A stretch of DNA of 35,669 nt. It comes from a virus (taxonomy: Duplodnaviria; Caudoviricetes). This document shows, piece by piece, positions 25,919-33,563 of the stretch; within the stretch, counting starts at the first letter, position 1, and each line of letters opens with the position of its first letter. The stretch is taken from positions 1 through 35,669 of IMG/VR virus record IMGVR_UViG_3300012667_000587; one strand, written 5' to 3'. The position numbers were made by a program, and so were the translations under genes. The notes beneath the pieces were generated by a model. The model had not been told where the DNA came from, did no database searches, and saw only the letters and a list, made by a program, of their open reading frames with translations.

Positions 25919-26997
25919 AGATACAGTTTGTAGTACGTAAGAACCAAGGTACCAGTTATCATCGTCTAGTTAATCCTTTCAGCTATTATATACCTGATGA
26001 AGGAGATACTATACAGATGCTAGACTATGAAAAAGATGAGCCATTCATAGATGGAGACCTATTAGTATTCAGCAACTTTATAGACACTCCTTCTGTAGTT
26101 CTGAAAAGCTATAAGAAAGAGGGAATGAAGATAGTAGTAGACGTAGATGATATGTGGAATATACCAACAACACACCCATCCTACAAGACACTGGCAAAAT
26201 ACCGACACACAGAACGTGTTATAGAGAGTCTGAAACTAGCCGACATAGTGATATGTCCCACCATGAGATTACAGGCAGCTGTTAGAGAGTATAATAAGAA
26301 CACTGTGGTTATACCTAACGCATTCCCATACGGCCAAGAGAACTATACAGGCACTAATTGGACAGCTGGTACAAAGACCCGGTTCCTGTATTGTGGTGGA
26401 GCATCACACTATGACGATGTTGCGTTACTGTCTGGAAAGTTTTCTAGAGTAGCTACAGATCCTCAGATTAATAAGAATGCAAGGTTCTTACTAGCTGGTT
26501 ACAATAAACCAATGAGAAAACAGTTCTTCTCAGCTATGGACATGAAAGCAGATAACAACAACTACACTATTGTACCAGGAGTCAGAGGAGAATGGGATAA
26601 GATGGCAGCTGTTTTTAATCAGACAGGATGTGCAGAGATTCTACCAGCTAAAGACCTAGTAGAGTATATAGAGTTCTACGACTATGCTGATGTATCACTA
26701 GTACCACTGAGAGACCATTCATGGAACAGCTGGAAGAGTACACTAAAACTAGCAGAAGCAGCTACTCGTAACCTACCTGTTATATGTTCTAATGTGGCAC
26801 CCTACTCTGACCTTCAGGATGTGCCAGGAGTAATGTGGGTAGATAATAACAACTGGCTAGATCACATCCGCAAGAGCATAAAAGAGCCAGAATACAGGAA
26901 AGACATGGGACAACAGCTAGGAGAGTATGCCAGAAAGAACTGGGAACTAACAGAGTGGAATAAGGTACGTAAACAGGTTTTTACATCATTACTATGA
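25915..26997 (+). CDS. GT-B fold glycosyltransferase (GT4-like)
   Basis: YHRL..P, VVDVDD.W, VIPNA, ADVSLVPL, KSTLKLAEA, LPVICS...PY. Confidence 0.88.
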   Translation: MKIQFVVRKNQGTSYHRLVNPFSYYIPDEGDTIQMLDYEKDEPFIDGDLLVFSNFIDTPSVVLKSYKKEGMKIVVDVDDMWNIPTTHPSYKTLAKYRHTERVIESLKLADIVICPTMRLQAAVREYNKNTVVIPNAFPYGQENYTGTNWTAGTKTRFLYCGGASHYDDVALLSGKFSRVATDPQINKNARFLLAGYNKPMRKQFFSAMDMKADNNNYTIVPGVRGEWDKMAAVFNQTGCAEILPAKDLVEYIEFYDYADVSLVPLRDHSWNSWKSTLKLAEAATRNLPVICSNVAPYSDLQDVPGVMWVDNNNWLDHIRKSIKEPEYRKDMGQQLGEYARKNWELTEWNKVRKQVFTSLL

Positions 26998-27575
26998 TTC
27001 AGATATTTGATATGGCTAATGGTAAGCCGGTACCATCAGCACATTGTTACATGATTAAGGCATTCAGGGATGTAATGGAAGAGTATCCAGAGGACTATCT
27101 GCAGGTACTAGCATACGTTCTATATACTACCTGTATGGACCCTACTCTCAACCCATACATGCTGCATGAAGAGACTACTAGAGAAGAGGTAGTGATAGCT
27201 GATATAGGGCCATTACGGTTCTCTCTAGAGGATGAGATAGTACTGGCAGCTGTAGAAAAGAGTAAAGAGCTGTATCAGACTCCAGTAGACCGTTATTATC
27301 TAGGAGCCAAGATGATGCTAGATAGAATGGCTGAAGATATGAAGACTACTGAGCTCACCTATGGTAAAGACGGTAATGCCACTATCATGAAATCCTTTCT
27401 GAAAGATGCTGCATCTCTGTGGGATTCTTATAAAGACCTGACAGTGCAGCTGTTAGGAGAACAGAGTAAGGCTCGTGGAAACGTCAGACGTGCGTATGAC
27501 CAGTTGCCAGGGTACAAGAATCCACTAGAAGGAGAAAAAACAGAAGATAAAGACCATGAACAAGATGCATTATAA
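26994..27575 (+). CDS. crAss-like packaging-region protein of unknown function
   Basis: NPY, TP..R.Y...K..LD, TYGKDGN, ARG motifs; located upstream of terminase. Confidence 0.7.
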   Translation: MIQIFDMANGKPVPSAHCYMIKAFRDVMEEYPEDYLQVLAYVLYTTCMDPTLNPYMLHEETTREEVVIADIGPLRFSLEDEIVLAAVEKSKELYQTPVDRYYLGAKMMLDRMAEDMKTTELTYGKDGNATIMKSFLKDAASLWDSYKDLTVQLLGEQSKARGNVRRAYDQLPGYKNPLEGEKTEDKDHEQDAL

Positions 27576-27872
27576 TAATACTAAAAAACAAAAAAGATGA
27601 TAACAAAAGAACAAATATCTATTTTTACAAAAGAGATGGAAGATAGTGGCTACATCTTGGGAGAAACCTTTGGTTTTATCCTTGGTATAGATTCTCCTTT
27701 TAATGACTTAGTATCGTCCGATACACTCAGTAAGTTTTGGTACAAAAAAGATATAGGTAACGGAGAGACAAAAACGTTTACACCTTGGTTAGCTTCTTTC
27801 ATAGAAAGCAATATGAAACTTACTCTAGACATAATAACAACTCTTCCTAACACAAAACAAGATGCATTATAA
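27559..27872 (+). repeat. 17-bp direct repeat bracketing one gene
   Basis: AACAAGATGCATTATAA at 27559-27575 and 27856-27872. Confidence 0.9.
27597..27872 (+). CDS. inserted hypothetical protein
   Basis: 91 aa, ends QDAL exactly like the upstream gene. Confidence 0.65.
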   Translation: MITKEQISIFTKEMEDSGYILGETFGFILGIDSPFNDLVSSDTLSKFWYKKDIGNGETKTFTPWLASFIESNMKLTLDIITTLPNTKQDAL

Positions 27873-28527
27873 CATACCAATATACATAAACAACCGAAAC
27901 CGGTTAACCACTACTAGGAATCTAGTAGACCATCTCATGCAGCTGGGTTATTCAGACATACACATTATAGACAATGCCAGTACATACGAACCACTATTGG
28001 ACTGGTACAATATAGTGAAACAGTATCTAACAGTACACCGTTGTATAGAAAACTATGGGCAGTCTGCTCTTTGGTTATCCGGTATTCATAGACAGCTGCC
28101 AGGAGAGTACGTTGTGTACACAGACAGCGATATAGAGCTTAACAGGAATACCCCTAGTGGGTTCATTGAACAGCTAGCTGGTCTGTTAGATAAACACAAT
28201 GTGGAAAAAGCAGGACTAGCTATTGAGTACAAAAACCTACCAGCAACAGCTACCAACAAAAAGAACATAGCAATAGAACAACGCTATTGGAATAAACCAG
28301 TAAAAAAAGAAGAGTTACCTAGTTACTATGCACCAATAGACACTACCTTTGCTATATTGAGAACTGGTATGCCGTACAGCTGGATGCTAAAAGCCATCAG
28401 AGTAGCTGGTCCATATACCTGTACACACACTCCTTGGTATCTAGACTATGATAACCTCAACGAAGAAGAACAGTACTACCTAACACACGCAGATAAAAGA
28501 TTTTGTTCACTAAAAACATTGTTATAA
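27862..28527 (+). CDS. GT-A fold glycosyltransferase (GT2-like)
   Basis: IHIIDNASTY, YTDSDIE (DxD), APIDTTFA, H.PWY. Confidence 0.85.
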   Translation: MHYNIPIYINNRNRLTTTRNLVDHLMQLGYSDIHIIDNASTYEPLLDWYNIVKQYLTVHRCIENYGQSALWLSGIHRQLPGEYVVYTDSDIELNRNTPSGFIEQLAGLLDKHNVEKAGLAIEYKNLPATATNKKNIAIEQRYWNKPVKKEELPSYYAPIDTTFAILRTGMPYSWMLKAIRVAGPYTCTHTPWYLDYDNLNEEEQYYLTHADKRFCSLKTLL

Positions 28528-28528
28528 T

Positions 28529-29245
28529 ATGAAGATCAGTATAATACACCCATCAAGGAATAGACCAAAGATGGCTTTTGACACTATTAAAGAGTGGGTA
28601 GAAAAAGCAAAGAACCCAGAGAACCTACAGTATATACTATCCTTAGACACAGATGAGTCTATGAAAGACCAGTATGGATCTTATCTTTCTTCTTATGAAA
28701 AAGAGGTAAGCATGTGTATAAGCTACAATAGTAACCGTAGTGCTATAGATGCTATTAATAACGCAGTACAGTGGTGCAACCATGACCTATTTGTAGTAGT
28801 ATCTGACGACTTTGAATGCCCTACACACTGGGATGAGCAGCTGGCACAACTACTGGAAGGCAAGGAAGACTACGTAGTAAAGACACAGGACGGTACCCAA
28901 CCATGGATAATAACACTACCTATAATGGACCGCACCTACTATAACCGCTTTGGTTACATATATTACCCAGAGTACCGGCACATGTTTTGTGATACTGAGA
29001 TGTCACATGTAGGAGCACTATTAGGTAGAACAATAACTAGTACCCTAGTATTCCCACACAGGCATTACACAACAGGAGCTATGAGAAAAGATGCTGTTAA
29101 TGAGCGTAATGACAGCACATGGACACAAGGAGAGCAGCTGTACCTAGAAAGACTGAAGACCAATTTTGGTATAGAAAATCCACTTACAATAGAACTACCG
29201 GCTCATCACAAAAACTGGCTAAGAGCAAAAAACATTAATGTATGA
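28529..29245 (+). CDS. GT-A fold glycosyltransferase (GT2-like)
   Basis: ISIIHPSRNRP, AIN, VVSDDF, LPIM.R.YY.RFGYIY.P.Y...FCD. Confidence 0.85.
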   Translation: MKISIIHPSRNRPKMAFDTIKEWVEKAKNPENLQYILSLDTDESMKDQYGSYLSSYEKEVSMCISYNSNRSAIDAINNAVQWCNHDLFVVVSDDFECPTHWDEQLAQLLEGKEDYVVKTQDGTQPWIITLPIMDRTYYNRFGYIYYPEYRHMFCDTEMSHVGALLGRTITSTLVFPHRHYTTGAMRKDAVNERNDSTWTQGEQLYLERLKTNFGIENPLTIELPAHHKNWLRAKNINV

Positions 29246-29826
29246 GCATAAGACTATCTATATGTATTCCAACTATTGATGGAAGAGAAGCTGAATACAA
29301 TAAACTACTAGACAACCTTACTACCCAAAAAACAGATAGTGTAGAGCTAGTTACTTTAAAAGATAACCGGCAGATGAGTATAGGCAGTAAAAGACAGGCA
29401 TTGTATAATATGTGTGATGGAGAATATGCTGTACAGATAGATGATGATGATAGTGTGCCTATAGACTATGTATCTACAGTTTTAAAGCTGTTAGAGGTTA
29501 ATCCCGATTGTATTGGGTATCTAGAAAGAGTAGATAACAAAGGAGTCTACCAGCTGGCTTGTCACTCTAATCGTTATACTGACTGGGGTAATAACAAAGA
29601 GGGTTATGATTATACTAGAACTATCTTTTATAAAGATGTTATCCGAACAGACATAGCAAAAACTATTGGAATAAAAGATATGCGATATGGAGAAGATCAT
29701 GATTTTGCTAGAAGACTAAAAGCATCTAGACTATTGAAGACAGAGGTGTTTATAGAAAAAATAATGTATTTTTACGCTGCACCTACACTGACTGCAGCTA
29801 CAACAAAAGAGCGATATGGAATATAA
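29242..29826 (+). CDS. GT2 family glycosyltransferase
   Basis: LSICIPT, IG.KR, GEY..QIDDDD, GED.DF. Confidence 0.88.
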   Translation: MSIRLSICIPTIDGREAEYNKLLDNLTTQKTDSVELVTLKDNRQMSIGSKRQALYNMCDGEYAVQIDDDDSVPIDYVSTVLKLLEVNPDCIGYLERVDNKGVYQLACHSNRYTDWGNNKEGYDYTRTIFYKDVIRTDIAKTIGIKDMRYGEDHDFARRLKASRLLKTEVFIEKIMYFYAAPTLTAATTKERYGI

Positions 29827-30682
29827 AGAGATAATAGACTATCATTACACTACTATTAATAAATACACCTGGTACCCAGAACAATATAATAAGAAGATGA
29901 GAATACTAAGAACTATACACAACGCAGGATTTTTTAGCTGTTGTTCTATTCGCTTACTGGATGTGATGGTATATTTCAACCAGAATAGTGGATTACCTGA
30001 CATACTAGACAGTACTGAGCAGTTTGGTTTATATAAGGCTTACTCACAGCAGAACCTTATTCCTTTGTATTTTATGGAAAAAGATGATGTAGCTATTCCT
30101 TATATTCGTAGAGTAGAGATGACCTATGCAAAAGAAGAACCTCAGTTCTCTGACTATAAACAGATATGTTTTACAGATACAATACCTTTTATTGAGAAAT
30201 ACTTTACTCCTTCTTATACAGTAGGAGATTTTGCTTATATGCTTCGTGAAAAGTATGAACTAGATTATGAGAATACTTGTGCTGTTTTTTATAGAGGCAA
30301 TGATAAAAACAGAGAAACTACTATAGCATCTTACAAAGTATTCATAGATAAAGCTAGGGAGATTAAACAACAGAACCCAGCAGTAAAGTTCCTAGTACAG
30401 CCGGATGAGACAGAGTTTCTTATAGAGTTTTGTAAGGCTTTCCCAGAAGATACTATATGGTTTACAGAAACACCTCACATGCCTAAGAAGGACAGTTGCA
30501 TGTTTTTTGAGTTACCTCAAGCAGACAGGGCTGCCTACGGTGCTAAATATTTTAGTGCTGTTCTAGTACTGTCTAGATGCAAACATATGATAATACACTC
30601 TGGTAATGGAGCTTTTTGGTCCGTATTGTACCGAGGCAATACAGATAATGTACACCAGTTCTTAAACAATAAATGGCTATAA
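29816..30682 (+). CDS. fucosyltransferase-like (NodZ / O-FucT type) protein
   Basis: AGFFS, AVFYRGNDK (hxRxxDK), LSRCKHMI..SGN..FW; true start may be ATG 29897 (MRILRT). Confidence 0.7.
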   Translation: MEYKEIIDYHYTTINKYTWYPEQYNKKMRILRTIHNAGFFSCCSIRLLDVMVYFNQNSGLPDILDSTEQFGLYKAYSQQNLIPLYFMEKDDVAIPYIRRVEMTYAKEEPQFSDYKQICFTDTIPFIEKYFTPSYTVGDFAYMLREKYELDYENTCAVFYRGNDKNRETTIASYKVFIDKAREIKQQNPAVKFLVQPDETEFLIEFCKAFPEDTIWFTETPHMPKKDSCMFFELPQADRAAYGAKYFSAVLVLSRCKHMIIHSGNGAFWSVLYRGNTDNVHQFLNNKWL

Positions 30683-30683
30683 C

Positions 30684-31274
30684 ATGTATATGTATACACA
30701 AAACGATGAAGAGGTTTATATACTAGAATACTTTAAAGATTTTACAGGTGTTTGTTGTGAGATAGGAGCAAACGATGGAAAGAACTTGAGTAATACAGCT
30801 GCTCTAATAGATAGAGGTTGGAAAGGCTTTTTAATAGAGCCTTCTAAAGCTTTTGGTAACCTACAAAAAAACTATGCTAATAATACTAATGTAGTATGCA
30901 TTGAAGCAGGTATTAGTACAGAAGACGGTGAGGTTATTTTTTACGAAGGCAGCGATTCTTTACTGTCTACTACAAAAGAAAGATTAGTAGACTTTTGGAA
31001 AGACTGCGCTTTTACTCCTTCTACTGTTAAGATGCTTACATGGAAAACATTCTGTGATACATATTACGCTGGTCCTATTGACTTTCTATCTATAGATGCA
31101 GAAGGTATGGATTGGGATATATTACAACAGATAGATCTAACCAATGTTAAGATGTTATGCATAGAGTACACAGCTGGTAAAATAGCTGAGTTTGAACAAT
31201 ATTGTAACAGGTATGGTATGGTTAGGCTAACACATAATATGGAAAACCTAATAATGATAAAACCTAAAACCTAG
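30684..31274 (+). CDS. FkbM family SAM methyltransferase
   Basis: YTQN.E, EIGANDG..SNT, GW.G.LIEP, IDFLSIDAEG.D. Confidence 0.92.
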   Translation: MYMYTQNDEEVYILEYFKDFTGVCCEIGANDGKNLSNTAALIDRGWKGFLIEPSKAFGNLQKNYANNTNVVCIEAGISTEDGEVIFYEGSDSLLSTTKERLVDFWKDCAFTPSTVKMLTWKTFCDTYYAGPIDFLSIDAEGMDWDILQQIDLTNVKMLCIEYTAGKIAEFEQYCNRYGMVRLTHNMENLIMIKPKT

Positions 31275-33563
31275 ATGACCAAAAAAACATACATAAAGGT
31301 TCCTACTAACATTAACGGAGTATGGAGTTACACAGAGTTTCCTACAAGAGACTCTTTTCGTGTTTTTGTGAAGAGTTGTTTCAAGGAACCTGGCAGCTGT
31401 GGTTTTAATGAGCTATCTAGACTATTCAATGAGCAATCCAAGATATTTAGTAAGAAGGGTCTATATTGTGAGGCACCAGAAGGTAGTAGGGACTATATAA
31501 CATATTGGGATACAGAGAAAGAGAAATGTCGTAAGGGTGTTATATTCTCTGATGGTACTAACAGCTGGTACCTACCAAGAGACTTGTATTTCTGGTGGAA
31601 CTTTCTGAAGATAGCTGATAAAGAGAAAAAGACAGAGGCTTTCCCAGAGGTATGGGATGTACATTACTATATGGCTCTGTACAACATAATAGCACAGCTG
31701 TATGACAGACATAGTGCTATATTAAAAAAGAGACAGATAGGTAGCTCATTGTACCATATGGCTAAACTCATTAACCTTCTGTGGTTTGAAAAATCCCAGA
31801 TACTGAAGATGGGAGCATCCGGTAAAGACTATATCAATAATGATAAGGGCAGTTGGTTGATTCTTGATTATTACCGTGATTTCTTGAATAAGCACACAGG
31901 CTGGTACCGTCCTATGAGTCCTGATAAGAGTGCCTCTATGTCATGGCAACAAAGACTAGAGGTTAAAGAAAATGGCAGGACTAGTTTTGAAGGTAACAGC
32001 TCTAAGCTAACAGGAACATCGTTTGAAAAGAATGCAACAGCTGGTGTTGGTGGTCCATGTAGAATATTCTTCCATGAGGAAGCTGGTATAGCACCTAAGA
32101 TGAGTGAGACCTTTGAGTTTATGAGACCAGCTCTTAGTATGGGCGGTATTCTCACTGGGCAGTTTATTGCAGCTGGTTCTGTTGGTAATCTTGACCAGTG
32201 CAAACCATTAGAGAACATGATTAAAAACCCTCATGGTAACAGTGTATATGCTGTTAAGAGCACACTGGTTAATGAGAATGAAGATGAGGCAGAAACTGGG
32301 TTATTCATACCCGAACAATGGGGCCGACCACCACACATAGACCAATATGGTAACTCTTTAGTAACAGAGGCACTAGAGGCTATTAAAAAAGAACGTCACA
32401 TATGGGAACATGGTGACGTTGTTACTGGTGAAAAACCTATCGAGAGAGAAAAACTGCAGCTACGTATATCACAACAACCTATTAATATAGATGAGGCTTT
32501 TGCTATCAGAAAGACCTCACTATTCCCTAATCGGTATGTAAAACCGCAGATACAGAGAATAGAAGACAATGAGTACAAACTAGAGTATGTAGATCTAGAA
32601 CGTAATGAGAGGGGGGAGGTTGTTACTGTACCATCTAAGAGAGTGCCACTAGTAACAGATGTCTCAATGACTACACCAGACAAAAGAGCCTGTGTTGTTA
32701 TACATGAGCATCCTATACCAGGTAAGGTACCACTAAAGACCTACCTAGGTTCTATTGACCCTGTAGCTGGTGATAAGACTATTACATCAGAGTCTATGGC
32801 ATGTATATACATATACAAGATGCCTACCCTTAGAATGCATACAACAGCTGACGGTAAAAAAGAATCATCCACAGAAGGTGGTAAGATAGTAGCATGGTGG
32901 ACAGGTCGTTATGATGACATCAACGAAACTAATGAGCAGCTGTCCATGCTAGTGGAGTATTACCAATCTTATACTACCTGTGAGTACAATGTAGGTAGCT
33001 GGGTAAACTACATGATAGGTAAAAGAAGGAGTAGGTATGTAGCTGTTAAAGAAGACATGATCTTTGATAAAGAAGCCGGTGTTACACAGAACTCAATGAA
33101 TAACTACGGATGGTATAATACTCCTCAGACATGGAAAAAGATGTTAGAAGAAGGTATCAACTACATATCACAGGCTCTATTAACAACATACAAAGATGAT
33201 GGTACAGTAGAGAGAGTAAAATACGCTGTAGAGACTATACCAGACATATGGCTACTAAAAGAGATGCAGCAGTACCAACCTAATGATGGTAGAAACTACG
33301 ATAGAATAATAACCTATTGCGCACTAGTAGCTTTTGTTGGGTTGCGACTCAGTAATATGCCTGGTATGTATACAGAGGTTATTACTAGTAATAGTGATGG
33401 TTCTACAGATAGTAAAAAATTGGGTAGTATGGATTCTGTTCGTATCTTTAAAGAGAACACACAAACATTCAGGAATCTACTAGGACAGGTAGAAGATAGT
33501 ACATCACATAAAGCAGACTACTCTAGATATAAAAAGAGGAGTGCGTTTAAACATCTAAAATAA
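31275..33563 (+). CDS. terL: terminase large subunit, crAss-like
   Basis: KKRQIGSS Walker A variant, FFHEEAG Walker B, LGSIDPV and NYDR nuclease motifs; directly before portal. Confidence 0.93.
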   Translation: MTKKTYIKVPTNINGVWSYTEFPTRDSFRVFVKSCFKEPGSCGFNELSRLFNEQSKIFSKKGLYCEAPEGSRDYITYWDTEKEKCRKGVIFSDGTNSWYLPRDLYFWWNFLKIADKEKKTEAFPEVWDVHYYMALYNIIAQLYDRHSAILKKRQIGSSLYHMAKLINLLWFEKSQILKMGASGKDYINNDKGSWLILDYYRDFLNKHTGWYRPMSPDKSASMSWQQRLEVKENGRTSFEGNSSKLTGTSFEKNATAGVGGPCRIFFHEEAGIAPKMSETFEFMRPALSMGGILTGQFIAAGSVGNLDQCKPLENMIKNPHGNSVYAVKSTLVNENEDEAETGLFIPEQWGRPPHIDQYGNSLVTEALEAIKKERHIWEHGDVVTGEKPIEREKLQLRISQQPINIDEAFAIRKTSLFPNRYVKPQIQRIEDNEYKLEYVDLERNERGEVVTVPSKRVPLVTDVSMTTPDKRACVVIHEHPIPGKVPLKTYLGSIDPVAGDKTITSESMACIYIYKMPTLRMHTTADGKKESSTEGGKIVAWWTGRYDDINETNEQLSMLVEYYQSYTTCEYNVGSWVNYMIGKRRSRYVAVKEDMIFDKEAGVTQNSMNNYGWYNTPQTWKKMLEEGINYISQALLTTYKDDGTVERVKYAVETIPDIWLLKEMQQYQPNDGRNYDRIITYCALVAFVGLRLSNMPGMYTEVITSNSDGSTDSKKLGSMDSVRIFKENTQTFRNLLGQVEDSTSHKADYSRYKKRSAFKHLK

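Noticed and set aside
524-26000. Other CTGATGA/TCATCAG hammerhead-core matches (e.g. ~525, 1030, 7778, 25102, 25994)
   Set aside because: Inside CDSs and lacking the GAAA, stem and UH context
17317-31277. Genome-wide TAG-to-Gln recoding (in-frame TAG-ATG junctions at 17320 and 31272)
   Set aside because: TerL, the GTs and other long ORFs are uninterrupted in code 11; TAG occurs in double stops (9908-9913, 9354-9359); readthrough would fuse FkbM to TerL
33420-33450. Internal promoter TTG-N20-TATCTTTA in the terL 3' end
   Set aside because: Mismatched -7 box inside coding sequence, and the portal is already coupled to terL; too weak to call
31275-33563. Intein or intron in the 762-aa terminase
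   Set aside because: No intein splice-junction or LAGLIDADG motifs; the length is plausible for a crAss-like TerL
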